Shown here piece after piece: positions 1-14,454 of a DNA stretch of 64,000 bases (positions are counted from its first letter, which is position 1; each line of letters begins with the position of its first letter). The position numbers and the translations under genes are program-made. The notes below the pieces were generated by a model. That model was not told the origin of the DNA. It made no database searches and was given only the letters and a program-made list of their open reading frames with translations. The DNA is taken from positions 32,922,001 through 32,986,000 of the forward strand of contig NC_042999.1 in assembly GCF_006345805.1 (NCBI RefSeq), written 5' to 3'. This stretch comes from Octopus sinensis (taxonomy: Eukaryota).

Positions 1-277
1 TAAGAGAGAGAGAGAGAGAAAGAGAGAGAGAGGGAGGAGAGAAAGAGAGGGATTAAGAGACAGTGAATGGTAACAGCGTTCGCATTGTGCTTTTAAAGTT
101 GATACTTAGATACATGCACACATTGTTCAATTAAAAGCGGGAGAAAGGAGAGACACAAAGGAAGTGAAAGAGAAAGAGAGAAAGTGAGAGAATCAGTAGA
201 TCCAAAGAAAAGTTATAGATACATAAACACAGCAAATACTGGATGTCACTTTCACTGTTCATTAGCGCACGAAGATA

Positions 278-427
278 AAATTAACTCGTAGGTGGCTGAG
301 TACTCCAGAGACATGCATACCATTAATGTAGCTCTCAGGGAGATTCAGACTCACATAGAATATGACAAGGTTGGCTACTTTGAATTACAGCTACAACTAA
401 TTTTGGCCAGCTGAGTGGATTGGAGCT
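278..427 (-). mobile_element. SINE fragment
   Basis: Similar to 738-1035 and to the reverse complement of the body of the 55545-55905 SINE. Confidence 0.6.
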
Positions 428-737
428 ACATAAACTTTCAAATGGTTGGAAGAAGACGAAAAAGATCCTATACGGGGCAGGAAAATGTTTTTCGTCCTTA
501 GGGTCAATATGAAGTGTTAACCCGGTCCTAACAGTGACATTCGTTGATCTCATCGATCTGGAGGCAAAACCTCCAGATAATCATCGATGTACAGGCTGTT
601 GTTATCAAACTGAGTGTGAGTCGAGTGCGAATACACAATGGAATAGGAATTTTTTCGTCTTAGCTTTCACTGCTTATACTAAACACATATTTTTGCCTTA
701 CAATATTTAACATTTCCTTTTCTTTCACTTAAAAATT

Positions 738-1035
738 GGCACTCCCTCGGTTACGACGCTGTGGTTCCTGTTTATCTGATTAACGATCAGTCTGTTGGTA
801 AAATTAACGAGCACGTGACTAGAGTCATGCATACCACAAGGTACTTCTCAGGGAGATTCAGTCTCACACAGAATGTGACAAGGCTGGGCCCTTTGAATAA
901 CTTAAAATCTCATTTTTGCCAGCTGAGTGGACTGCAGCAAGGTGAAGTAGCGTACTTCGCTCAAAAACACAGCACACCACTGGGAATCGTACTCATGACG
1001 TGGCCGAATACACCTAAGAACTGAGTCAGCCACCT
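738..1035 (-). mobile_element. SINE (tail shared with the 55545-55905 family)
   Basis: The 3' tail ggcactcc.tcggttacgacg is the reverse complement of 55873-55903, and the body is shared with 278-427. Confidence 0.65.
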
Positions 1036-1525
1036 GCACTCGCTTAACCGTAGAGAAATGGAGTGAAGCGATAGAGACAGCGAAAGGAAAGCCTCAGTCG
1101 TTTACAATGACAATTAGATCGCTTTTCTTTCTAGCTTCTTTACCTTTAAGAATGAAGAAGAGACAACGACATTTAGTAATGAATAGAGGGGAAATACTTT
1201 CAGGTGATTTCGCTTTTATTCTAGGAGTTCAAGAACAAGGATTGCTAGTTCTGTCTTATTTCCCTGATGCGTACTTGCCTTCCTTCATGTATTTTAGTTG
1301 GCGGGGGGAGCCCATATTTTTTTCAGGCACGTTTAACGCTTTCTCTACAAACTACAAAATACCCTCACCCTGCCTTCATTTTACATTCATACACAAACCA
1401 GTGCAAATTTCGAACGGGGAACAACTGTGAAAAGAGCCCAGAAAAATGAGTAATACCCCCTACAAAATGGGTGAGGGAAAAAGTTGCCAACTGATGGCTA
1501 CATGAACTTCAAATTCATACTTCAG

Positions 1526-1604
1526 AAAATGCCTTCTAATATAGCCTCGGGCTGACCAAAGCCTCGTGAATGAATTTGGCAGACAGAAACTGGAAGAAGA
1601 CCCG

Positions 1605-1666
<62 letters not shown>

Positions 1667-1895
1667 ATAGTTTTATGTATGTGTGTTTGTCTCTGTGTTT
1701 GTCATCCAAACACAACCGTCTGACAACCGATGCTGGTGTGTTCACGTCCCGTAACTTAGCCGTTCGGCAGAATAAACTGATAGAATAAGCACGAGGCTTA
1801 CAGGGAATACGCTCAGGGGTCAATTTCTTCGAATAAAAGACAGTGCTTCAGCATAGCTACCGTCAAATTACTGATACAAGTAAAAGAATAAAAGA
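1526..1895 (+). mobile_element. tRNA-derived SINE, 5'-truncated, with internal (TA)n
   Basis: Collinear with the copies at 49061-49510 and 56014-56393 (gaccaaagcct..., gatgctggtgtg..., aagtaaaaga tail). Confidence 0.8.
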
Positions 1896-3937
1896 TTAAC
1901 AGAAGTACCAGTAAACCAAGAAGGATCTTTGAATATGTACGAGGTATTCTAAGGCTAAATAGTAATTCTGTTTACGTTTGCATAACTGAGATATGTTGGT
2001 TGGGTTGCATATATTTTTTTGTTTAATATTTCTTTCTATATTCTTTAACTGTCACAATATAGAAACGTTTCACATGGCACCAGAACACAATTTACAGATG
2101 CTAACATTTTGTATGTATTCCGTGAATTTTTCACGTCTCCAGTTTGTTCTAGAGTTAAAAAGCAATGCTACATTCGAACGGAGAACTGATGTATATATAG
2201 GTTTTTGTCTCAGCTAATATATGTAATCATCCTGCAAAAATAACATACTCTGCAGACAGATGGGAGAGAATGAGAAAGCAGTTCCTTATCTATAATTGGA
2301 GACACATTAAGTAATATAAACTTTGTCTAAAAACAAGAAGTCTACTACCAATTGAAATATTTTATTCACAAATTGCCATTAATATTTATTATTCATTTTT
2401 TGTAGATATATATTTTCTTTACTATGAGTGTTGAATGTCAATAGAATATAAGTTTGAATTTAGTTTCTGATGTAGGAAAAAGAACGAATAATTTATTTTG
2501 CAATAACAATACATTTAAGATATAAATTACACAAATTGTACATCATTCTTTACGAAGGTCAGAAGAACTATCATTCGAAATTTTTTAATCAAAATTATTT
2601 ATTCATGACGAAAACATTACATTTTTTTTCTGTAGCTTGGCGTATTACATTTACGTACATTCGTACGTAAATCATTTTTTAATATTTATATGTAAACCGT
2701 ATGAAACAGCTGTAATTCAGATTTTGTTTGAGTCTGGAATTATTCATCTCTATAGATTTTATTCATCATTCGCTAGCTGAAATAACTTTTGGTCCGCTAT
2801 CTATTTTTGGAATCGCTAATAAATAAACGACAGTCCATTGTTAAAGAAATAAACAGCGCACTAAGTTAGTGCAAACCTCCAATTTTGCGACCAACTTTTA
2901 AATTAGGTTGTTACATAGATTACCCATGACCACCACCACCATATTTATACCATCTATTAGTAAGACCAACTAGATTTATCACAAAGAAGAAATAGAGAAT
3001 AGAGACCAGTATTTTGACAATATTTTGAAAGAATTATGTTTTGTTAAATTTAATTTCGTCCATTTGTAATACGTCAATTTTTTATGCATCCGTCTAACCA
3101 TCCATCCGTCCATCCGTCCGTCCATCTATTCAGCCACCCTTATTATCCATCTACTATTTCAGAAATGTTTGTTCGGTTAGAATCTTCAAGCATTTCCCCC
3201 ATAACGTTTTATCATCATCCTTCAGCTATCAGGACAGCTTTTGGTTCCATTACGAAGGGTTTCCAACTGAGACTATAGATATTATCCAATCATCAGGTTT
3301 GCAGTCTAATACTAGGTCTTCTACAGTTCGGCTCAGCTTTAAAACGCTGTCTTACGATTCCTTCCTGCAACATTCCAATGTAATATCCGTATTACTTGGA
3401 CTGTGATTTCTCAAAGTAGTGAAGTAGAGACTCGACATGAAGAGATATCTTGATTTACTAACAACGCATCCTACGAATAATGTTACATCAGGGATCCTGC
3501 TTAGAAACACTGTTTCAGCCTCCTGTATTTGCAATCGTACTCTCTTGTTTGGTACACAACATTCATGACCATAGGCGAGGAGAGGTGCGAAAACCAAATT
3601 GAAGACAGTAATAGTTTCGGACACTTATTGAACAAAACACATATGTTCGTATATAACTTTTGATTATATCTTATATATCTTAATTAAATTCTATTCTTGT
3701 ACTGGACACGGCATATTTTATTTATATGTCTGAGTAATGGTTACTTATATATTTCCAATATTTTCGTATAGCGCACATATTTCTAAAACGATAGAAATAA
3801 TGGGAGATATATATATAAATATTTGATTTAGTATTTCTAAATTGAATTTTTTATCCTTGTAAGTTTTGGATTTTATTCCCTCAAATATTAATAATATAAT
3901 ATATATATATATATTATATATATATATATTATATATA

Positions 3938-3970
<33 letters not shown>

Positions 3971-4038
3971 TAATAGTAATGGTATGACAACAAAAGAATG
4001 AATGAGATCTCAATATTATGTAAATAGGAGAATGCATC

Positions 4039-5380
4039 TGTATATAATATGTAACAATTATTTGGCTGCCATTATAAAACTCCGAGTTTCGGATGTCGAG
4101 GCGGGAATCTGCTCCGACATCGCGTCAGTTATTACGACATTCAAAAAATTCTATGAAAATGACTGTTAAACGAATGGAAATTACTATGTAAATGACCTTT
4201 ATTAAGACAAACATAAGATATATTAGAATGACCGTTAAATAAAGGGAAAAAACCCGAAGGGGAGCAAGTAAAAAGTAAAAACGCTCATAGAAATAGCATG
4301 TGCGCGCATGTACATACATACATATGCGCGTACGCACACCCATATACCTATAGGCATATGCTCACTCACACTCGCATGAAACACATACATGCACACCCAC
4401 ACACACGCCTATATCTGCACATATATATATGCCACCATACACATGTACCCATATACATATCAGCGCACGCGCGCACACACACTCACACGTGCACTTAATC
4501 ATACGCGCAGAATTATATCCATATACACGTCTAAATACGCACATGATATATATGCATATGCTCACTCACACTCGCGTGAAGTACATGCATGTACACCCAC
4601 ATATATATATATGCAACCCTATACATTTACACATATAGATACCTGCACACACGCACGCACTCACACGTATGTATACCCATACGCGCACATTGCTTTACTA
4701 ATAATAACAATTTCGGATTTAGCTGGGTTAATAAGCCTACATTTAGGATTAGATAGTAAGTTCTTGTCATGGTCTTTAATATATATATTTTTACATATTT
4801 TTCTGTATTATTTTACATTACATCCTGCATTTTCGTTGTGCACGTGCGTATATAGACGCGTATATGAATATAATTGTGCGCGTATGAGTATGTGCACTTG
4901 TGTGTTTATGTGTGTGTGTGTATGTGCGGATATGTATATGTGTACATGTGTATGGTTGCATATATATGTGCACATATTGGGGTGTGCGTGTATGTATGTG
5001 TTTCACGCGAGTGTGAGTAAGCATATGTATATAGGTACGTGGGTGTGTGAGTGTGCAATTGTGTATGTATGTACAAGAACGCATATGCGATTTCTATGAG
5101 CGTCTTGATTCTTTTACTTTCTCTCCCTTTGGGTTTTTTTCCTTTATTGAACGGCCATTCTAATATATCATCTGTTTGTCTTAATAACGGTCATTTACAT
5201 AGTCATTTCCATTTGTTTAACGGTCATTTTCATAGTAATTTCACTTTGTTTAACAGTTATATTCCTAGCATCTTTTGATTGTCCTAATAATCGACGAGAT
5301 GCCGAGGCAGATTTCCGCCACGACAGCCGAAACACGGTGTTTTATTATGCTAACCGAATAATAGTCACATATTATATACA
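4039..5380. repeat. Diverged long inverted repeat (arms ~4039-4545 and ~4845-5380) with degenerate hammerhead motifs at the outer ends
   Basis: The arms align as reverse complements, roughly 75-85% identical by eye. Confidence 0.8.
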
Positions 5381-5396
5381 CACACAACACAGAGGC

Positions 5397-5447
<51 letters not shown>

Positions 5448-5450
<3 letters not shown>

Positions 5451-5523
5451 GGTTGTATACTGTCAATTTAACGTGACAGTAGGGCATTACACCACCACGT
5501 TAAATTGACAGTATATAACCATT
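5448..5523. repeat. Short hairpin / MITE-like element with 28-bp inverted arms
   Basis: aatggttgtatactgtcaatttaacgtg ... cacgttaaattgacagtatataaccatt (1 mismatch). Confidence 0.8.
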
Positions 5524-5584
5524 CTATCGGCCCACCACCGTACATATCTGCTATGAGATATTTAGAAATTTAATATTTCTTCTG

Positions 5585-5625
<41 letters not shown>

Positions 5626-5682
5626 ATATATATATAATATATATATATATATAATACATACATATATATATATATATATGTG

Positions 5683-5729
<47 letters not shown>

Positions 5730-6160
5730 GTATCTATATAAAGTACTAAATAGATACCTAAATTCAATGACTCAAGTAATGGTTTAATATATTTATATCT
5801 TAAGATAATGCAATGATAGTGATATCAGATATATATAGTTCACCAAAACTGAAAATATCATTAGTCGATCTATGAGGAATAAAAAATCGTAAAACCTCAA
5901 GATATGTTTGATGATATTTGTTTAATTTTCTTTTCGTTTTTTGTTTTTGTTTTGTTTCTTGGGGTTTTTTTCTTCAAGAACGTTTTTTTACAAAACACAC
6001 ATCTATTCCATGCGACCATAGACTACAGAACTTACATGAAGATGATGATGATGATGATGATGATGATATATCGATTATGCTCACTCTCTCTTTCTCCTTT
6101 CCCCTCTCTCTCTTTATGTGTTTGTGTGCGCACACGTTTTGTAAGTATGTGTGTGCGTAT

Positions 6161-6194
<34 letters not shown>

Positions 6195-6205
6195 ATATAT
6201 ATATA

Positions 6206-6238
<33 letters not shown>

Positions 6239-6259
6239 GAATATGTCTATGCATGTATA

Positions 6260-6305
<46 letters not shown>

Positions 6306-6659
6306 TCTCTGTATGTATGCGTACATGTGTGTAAAAATGTAAGCATGATCAGCTCACCTTCACATGTGTATCTTTCTACTTTTTGCTGTGTTTAAGACTA
6401 CATAAAATTTTGTGTCACGTTCACCCATTTCGTTGCCATGAGAATAATGTTCAAGTATTACAAAGAGAAAGAATCAAAGAATGTTCGTATTTTAATGTTT
6501 TGTAAATTTCCGATATATGCAACTCATTTTTAAAGATTTTACTTTTGCTTATTTCAAAGATATTTCTACTTTTATTTTATTCTAATTTTCTTATAATTGT
6601 ATAAATGTTATTTCACTGATGCTTTTGTCCTTCAAAAACTTTCAAGAACTTACAATACT

Positions 6660-7056
6660 TTTTTTTTTCAAATATTCTTATAAACGTTACGAAGGCATAA
6701 ATGACATAGAAGGAGTCTAGTTGATGACATGAATCAACTTATTTAAATGTTTACTTCGATCTTTTAAATGTGCAGAACTCGTATTAATGATATTTTTTTC
6801 CCTTCAAGTAACATTCAAATATCTTCTTCTTTCAAATATTTTTCAGAATGCGTACCAGTAAAGTGCAGAATGGTGATAAACATAGCGAACTATATGACAA
6901 CTTTGGTTACGACGATCTGCCACTAGTTTGATAAGTGTCAACGAACGAATTCTTGGCCCTTGAATCTGATGCTTCTGCAAATCATTAATAAAAAAACATA
7001 TATATACGCATATTTTCATCACCATGTCTATATGAATTTATATATATATATAATAT

Positions 7057-7113
<57 letters not shown>

Positions 7114-7625
7114 TGTGTTGTGTGTGTGTGTGTGTGTGTGAATGTATATATGTACGTCAGTGTGTGCGGTGTGTGTGCGTGTATGTATTATGTAGACAAT
7201 TGTATTTTCATCTGTATTTAATTGTTCTGAAATACAGATGCTTTTGCATGGACATACATCATATATATATAAATTCATATATGCACGGTGATGAAGATAG
7301 AACTCAAAATATGAGTATATGCTTAAATTTTATTGATATTTATCAGAAGCATCACAACCCGAGGTCCAATATTTTGTCTGTTGACACTTATAAAACTAGT
7401 GACAGATCGTTGTAACCAAATCTGTCATATACTTAGCTATGCTTATCACCATTCGGTATTTTACTGGTACGCATTCTGAAAGATATTTGAAAGAAATTTT
7501 TAAAAAATACATTAATATGAGTTCGAATTAAACATTTAAATATATTGAACCATGTCATCAACCAGACCCCTTCTATATGTCAGTTCTGACTTTGTAACGT
7601 TTATATGAATATCTGAAAAGAAAAA
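6660..7625. repeat. Diverged long inverted repeat (arms ~6660-7050 and ~7260-7625) around a (TA)/(TG) microsatellite
   Basis: For example, cagaatgcgtaccagtaaa at ~6844 versus ttactggtacgcattctg at ~7461. The arms are collinear over ~370 bp. Confidence 0.8.
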
Positions 7626-7949
7626 AGTTAACTCGCAGTTTTATCTCATGCAGCTGTGTATCGTTAAGCAGCTAGAGGAGATGTCTTCTTGAAGTTAAAA
7701 AGATGCAGTTGCGTCCGCTTGAAAGACAGTCATGTTAAAGTGGGTACGAATATTATTTGAAAGTAAAACTACTGCGTTGATCTCTTGAAATATATATATT
7801 GCGTGCGGAAGCGAGTTGCTACCATCTCTAGCAGACTCGGATTTTTTGCGTCGTAATATGCTGTTACCAAAGTTATGTGAGTTCGATCCGTGTGTTTCTG
7901 TCTGGTATTGTGATATTTTTGTGTATTTTGCTTTGAAATAAACTGTTGT

Positions 7950-9680
7950 TCTTCGTCGAACATTAATTTTAGCCCTACGGGGCAGAAAATTCTGTTTTGA
8001 AATTATTGTGGAGGAGAAAATTATTGCTGAGCTGCTTTTCTTTACCCGTTGCTGGGTCGTGAATTTATTGTGTCATCTTTTGGCAATTTAAAAAAAAGTA
8101 TATGATGGAATATAATATTGCATCCAAAAAAGATTTTCCCGCGATGGAAAAAGTAATACCACAGAAAATGTAGGTGAAACGGACTTACAGGAAAGGAAAG
8201 ACGCAGTTTTCTGCCGCTGTAGGAGGCAATGAGTATGGAAATGGAGGTAAAAATAGAGCAACTATTTAAGTTTCGCAACTTAATCAGGAAAAGTGGTCGC
8301 GACACCAAACTACTGCCTCCTCCAGAGACAGCATAAGCGATAAATGCGCGAATAGTTGTGTATAAAATTTACAACGTCAAAGAAAAAAGAATTATGGACG
8401 CTATTAAAAATGGAAAGGAAAAGAAGCCGACAACTGTATAGGCAAGACGCTCGAGATGGTCTTTCAAGCGTCGAACGAAACGCTAGAAAATTTGCCCGAT
8501 ATGTTGTTTGTAGGGGAGGGATAATCATGAGAGTAGCCGTTGAGGGACGTAGGCCTCGTTCCTTCAAATGTGGAGAAAAAGGGCACGTCCACTGAAAGTC
8601 CGCCCAAACGAAAAAAACAAAAACAGACAACGAGGCTCTTCTACAAAACGTTGCGAAGGTGGTAAAATGAAGAAACGAAAAGCCGGATATTTCGAGAGAA
8701 ACGAAAGAGGGAACAATGGCGGAAGGAAAGGCAAGTAAGAGCGATGACATGGAGTTCACCACAGTATTGCACGAAAGAAAAGAAAGCACAAGTCCCAGTC
8801 CCCCCCCGCCCCCGAAAGCAAAATATCAGTTAAACGCACAACAGACACACAAAGCAAAATTTCCCAGGCCAACCCCACGGTGAAACCTTTTACCAAACAC
8901 CTCCCCAAAACACAAGAATGAATTGGTCACTACGTGGGGAAAAATGAGCCGTTGTCTACCATCATAAGAATGTTCCATAATAACTAAAGATACGTCCCCG
9001 AATATTAGATTCGCAAACATGGGCGCAGGCCTAATGTTGGAGCTAAAGGAAAGGTATCCGGAGGATATCAGAGACTTCCGCTCCGAAATGGCAGACAAAA
9101 ATTATTAACAAGCCCAGTGTCTACACAAATGAAAAGCCCAGCGGCTAAACCATTCAAAGAAGAGGATGGGGAGGCAGCCGAATTTGTGCAGCCCCTCCCC
9201 AAACTCAAACTGTTACTCTTTTTTGCCGTTTTTCACTATGGCGATTAAGTTAGGGAGTATAAATGTATGTGGGTTGGGGTTCTAAATGGAGACAAGGTTG
9301 TCTCCCGAACGACCTCAAGTCATGAGATATATGCATTACAACTGAGCCCAAGATGAGTAGACCACAAACGCGTTCACCTCTTCAAAATGGCTATGAGAAA
9401 TTTATTTCTCCTAGCCGACGAGGGGGATGAGCGTGTTGGTCCTACTCAGGAAGACCTTGGACTTACAGGTAAGTACGGTCTTTCTGGACCTAGAAATTAG
9501 GCTGATAATCTTAGATGTGATCCTCGAGAGCAAACAGTCCTTCGAGTTGGTAGATGTCTACACTCCTAAGGAATGTAGGCAGTCTGGTTTTTATCGTGAT
9601 CTAGAGCATTTTCTAGTGACGTAAAAAAAACGGTAGTTCTGTTAGAGAACTTTTATATACCCTTGATGCACGGGTGACAG
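7950..9680 (+). mobile_element. Tx1/L1-clade non-LTR retrotransposon relic (ORF1 zinc knuckle plus start of the APE endonuclease)
   Basis: RVAVEGRRPRSFKCGEKGH is a degenerate CCHC knuckle. MAIKLGSINVCG at ~9236 and VLLRKTLDLQVSTVFLD...LVDVYTP are APE motifs. Stops and frameshifts are present; boundaries are approximate. Confidence 0.7.
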
Positions 9681-10016
9681 TGTTAGAAATTTAGAAAAAG
9701 CAGTTAAAATTTATACCTCTAACATAAGATATCTCACTGACATATACACTCTTAATTCATGTAGGTAAAAAGAAAAAAAAAATAACGAATCCACTCTGCT
9801 TTGATCAACCACATACGCGTTTCTGGATTAAAGAGATGTAAAATTCTTATTTTTACTCACTTATTTCCATTTTGAGTGTAGTATTTCAATTGTAAATTTG
9901 AGAGTACTAATAATTAAATACGTATTCGACCAAGCGACATCAAATAGCTTATAATTATGCTTATAATTATAGAATGTTTGTATATAACTATATATATATA
10001 TATATATATATAGGGG

Positions 10017-10048
<32 letters not shown>

Positions 10049-10719
10049 GTGAGAGTGAAATAATGTGCTCAGTATACAAGTGTGAAGTCATTATTGGCAT
10101 AAGGGTTCAACACATAGTTATTTAGAACCTATATTGTGTTGCGATACCAATATGTTCTACTCAGGCCTAATCTTTCCGATACTTGACTGATACATCTTAA
10201 CATGCTGCAAGTCTATGCGTAAACAGTTAACACGCACTATACCCGGTACGTCTGTTTCTACGTAAAGGTGTGTGTAAGATTGACATAAAATAGATGTGAT
10301 ATTTTCCCCGGATATTTAATGCTGCATATCACAGTTGAAATGTTTTAGTAAGTGAGACAATGAGAAAGACATAAAAGAAATTGAACTTAAATGTACGGAA
10401 TTCCTCTGATAGACATATATTTGGCCCCAAGTGTCTCAAATGCGTGTTATTGTGAGAGTGACCCTGAATATGTAATTCGTGTTGAAGTACTAGTCCGGGT
10501 ATGCCTGTGGGTGTAGTTGTATGTGTATACGTATATTTCGGATGCGCAATCTTGTTCGTTCTTGTTAGAGTACGTTACAAATGGGTGTCTGTCAATCTCT
10601 CTGTATGTATGTATATATGCATGTATGTATGTATATAGGCATGTATGCACGTCTGTATGTATGTATGTATGTATGTATGTCATTGTTCAGTTTTATTTCA
10701 AGATTTCTTGCAAATAGAG

Positions 10720-12870
10720 AAAGATCCGGTTTATAATCTAGATTCAAGCTCCTTCATTGGAATTTCAACGTCAACAGGGTATGTTGTTGATGGTGGCACA
10801 CGATGAAGTTACGTCAGCTATGGCTTTGACTAAGCTCACTTGAACTTTATCAAATTGAAGGGCTTGTAGCATCCATTAGTGGGGAAGCGTTACAAGCTTT
10901 CTAGTCACATTGAAATTAGGTTCCTTCTCTGCGCTCACACCTCTGACATCACAGTTTGCTGATTAACAGTTGCTCGGCATATCCCCAGACTTCGTTCTTC
11001 CCAGCTGCTTGTTCTGCTTTGATGATGCCATTGGTTTCACAATGGCCCTGCAGGAAGAGGTTTAAACATACTGTATATATCTTATACATTAAGTTCTGGC
11101 ATGCAATTGGCCGGTAGTTTATTGCCATGTGGGCGGTTCTGCATTTGGGGATCAATTTTGTCTCTTCCAGAGCTAACAAACGTGGTATGCTACCGTTCCC
11201 AATGAGAGCTTACTGGTGCAGATTTATAAGCTATGGTCTGTAGAATGTTCGCTTCTTATACCCAATATCCAACAATCAAGTCTCTTCCAGGTACTTTTCC
11301 ATCCTCGAGTTTCTGGATTACTGTTGTGTTTCACTATCTATATGGTATGTCTTGGGTGTAAAGCAGGTGCAATAACTTTTTCATATTTCTTCCGGCCACA
11401 GAGCATCTTGGTTAAACTCCTTCCCGTCACCCCACATTTTCCTCCAAAAGGAGTCTATGTCTTCTCGTAAAAGAGCTTCCACGATATTTATTGCTCCTCC
11501 TTTTATGTCTGTGTATACGGCTGTCTGGTTGCGGTTAGATTTTTTGTTTATTCTTCTCTCAGTTATTCTTATCTGATAACGGGGATTTCACTGACGACTT
11601 TTAGCTCCTGCTTGAGGATAATCAGTTTGCAAACATCATTTCTATCTCCTCCTTTACTTTCTGTTGTTGGCACGTATAGAGATCTGCTTATTGACACGCA
11701 ATAAGCTTCGTTACATGACTGATGGCCTTCCGTAACCCAATTATCTTGTTCTCCGTCTTCAAAACCCATGATAGTACTTTCTTTGTTATTTCGGTCTTGT
11801 TTACTTTATGAATATCATGTATATGACTTCGTAGTAATATTATAAAGTACCTTCCTTGTGCGGACCTCGCTTCTGCTGTCTCTTTCTCTCAGGTTGAGCA
11901 AAGGCAAATAGTTACTTAGTGGATCAAGACTTCATATTCCCTCGGTATTACTTCGCTGTAATTAGTAATGAAAGCAAAGCAGGAATGAAGAATGCATCTT
12001 TTGTCGCAGAAGTAGCCAGAGTATATAGACATGTGTTAATCTACCAGTATGTGGGTTCATTACACTGCTGCAAATACTTATCACCGGTTTCGTTAACAGC
12101 TTTTAATACGGTATTTTTTGTTGACAATTCTCTCTCCTTGAGAGAGTACTTCAAAGTCAAACTTACTTTTTCTCGAAAAATTTCAGTAAGGGTACATTTC
12201 ACCGATATATAATTCTGACTACCACCACTACTACAATAATCATTGTGGTTGTGTCTGCTATTTACCGTACTCGTAGTCGTGGTCAGTTACTTGAGCCAGT
12301 AATATAGTTTGGCTAGCAGGCACTATAGAATCTGCTGGAATGTCGCAAGCTGCAAAACCATGAGGTCAACTTATATTTCAGTCACGTTTGCGTTTTTGTT
12401 TTTAGAGTAGGGAAGATGGTTAACTTTCGATTTTTTACAGTTACTAACCCTCTTCTACAAATGTTGCTGGTTGGCGTAGTTGCTTAGCAGTAAAATGATT
12501 TAATTCTGGATGCAGATCGAAATATGATTTCAATCGATTCATAAAGCCAACAGTGGAATTTTGTTTCGCTTTTTTCTTTTTGTAGCAGTTAAATAGATTA
12601 GTATTCTATTCATAACTGCAAGAAAAATGATATTTTTTTTTTTTAATTTCGGTTTCTTCTATAACTACAGCTGGTAAGAATTCCTTTACTATAGAGCTGC
12701 TGTTTTCGTTCTGTTCGTCAGTTGTGTTGTTGGTAATATTGTGATCAGCCATGTTGTTTGTAGTAACTCGCTGCATGCTAGATTCAAGTTTGAGTGGAAA
12801 ATCACTACGATCGTGAATAACAGGCACCCTCAGTTAATTGATCTTAGTAATAACTAGATTTTCATCAAGG
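10720..12870 (-). mobile_element. R4/Dong-like non-LTR retrotransposon relic
   Basis: The RT motif NYRPIACQNLMYKIYT...EQAAGK...EQLLI is similar to 63504-63773. The 5' part is homologous to 60815-61830. Confidence 0.75.
11823..11997. repeat. 175-bp dispersed repeat; inverted near-identical copy at 14694-14868
   Basis: Direct reverse-complement match with only a few substitutions. It interrupts the R4/Dong relic. Confidence 0.85.
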
Positions 12871-12907
12871 TTGAGAGTTGTTGTACGTAAATACGTACGT
12901 ATGTATG

Positions 12908-12972
<65 letters not shown>

Positions 12973-12981
12973 TATATTATA

Positions 12982-13062
<81 letters not shown>

Positions 13063-13108
13063 CTGAAGTTTAAACTTCAGTTTAAAACTTGCAAAGAAGG
13101 TCTTGAAA

Positions 13109-13154
13109 CCACCTGATGAATGTCAATAGAAGTGACAAGAAACGATCGTAGTGG
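13109..13154 (+). ncRNA. Minimal type-I hammerhead ribozyme motif
   Basis: CCAC-CTGATGA-a TGTCA atagaag TGACA a-GAAA-CGATCG-TA-GTGG: intact core, 4-bp stem I, 5-bp stem II, palindromic stem III, GUA cleavage triplet. Confidence 0.75.
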
Positions 13155-13361
13155 ATATCTTAATTATATTTAATTTATATAAAAAATTTTATGTATTGGA
13201 TTAAGTCTTTCTTTGTTTGATTTGCATAATAGTGGTTTTGTCTCTAATTAATATTATATTATATTTTACTATAAAATTGGATTCAATCCTAAATCTGATT
13301 TTTCCCTGTAAATTTGGATTTATTCCCTAATATTTATTATTATATATATATATATATATAT

Positions 13362-13424
<63 letters not shown>

Positions 13425-13469
13425 GGATGTATGTATATGAGTGTGTATATTATGTATCTGTATGAGTAC

Positions 13470-13500
<31 letters not shown>

Positions 13501-14129
13501 TACATACAAACTTGTCTCTATTGTATTAACACACACGCACACATGCGCGCGAATTTACTCACGCACACACACACACACATATATATATATATAATATATA
13601 TATTATTATTATAATCAATATTTCTCAAAATATTTTTTAACACAACGTTCTGAAGCTGATCTAAAATTATTGAAATTGAAAATCAACATATGAAATATAT
13701 CCAGTACACGGACGCCTACATAAACAACGCGAAGTAGGATTTCACTCTAAGAGATTTCTGTATTCAGTTAATTGTGCTGTCAGTGGATAACGAATACACT
13801 ATAAATTTTTTAAAATATATACGTAAGAATTCTACTTTACGACAATTATGATCATAGAGAAATATAATTGAAGAAGGGCTATTTTAGTATTCAACTATTG
13901 GGGAGGACACTGGAAAACTAAAGAATGAAGAATATACATAAGAGTTCTACGTTATGATGCTTAGAAACAGGGTTCTTTTGTCAAAATGGACCACATCATG
14001 AATGGATAGGACTAACGCGCTTGCTGAACCAGCTAGTCTATCGGGTCTATCAAGACCAAAATTCCAGGAAAACCCACGAAAGTCGTTTTGTTTCATTAGG
14101 CAATGTTCCAGAACACACACTTCGTTTCA

Positions 14130-14372
14130 GTGGCTGCCGTATGTGAATGTAGCTCTATCTCGATTCGGACCCACCTTCCTACCATTTATTTCCCAACATG
14201 ACAAAACATTGGCTGGGTACCAGTATCACTGTGATGAGGACGTAATATCTGCCGTTGATGACTTTTTTGACCAACAGAATGAAGGATTCTTCATTAATGG
14301 GAACCAGACACTTCAATACATCTGGAATAATAAGTTCGTCGACCACATGGGGACCTTAGTGCGAAAAATAAA
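14130..14372 (+). mobile_element. Mariner transposase C-terminal relic
   Basis: LAGYQYHCDEDVISAVDDFFDQQNEGFFINGNQTLQYIW...DHMG matches the mariner C-terminus pattern. Confidence 0.75.
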
Positions 14373-14454
14373 TCTCATTTGGTCACATTTGATCAGCCTC
14401 TTGATTTATGTATATTTATATTATATAAAGCATAAAAAGATTATGGAATAATGT

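Noticed and set aside
3250-3300. Minus-strand CTGATGA...GAAA
   Set aside because: No complementary stem I arm.
4389-5099. 236-aa ORF and the many YIYI/HTHT/CVCV ORFs across the window
   Set aside because: Stop-free frames of (TA)n, (CA)n and related microsatellites.
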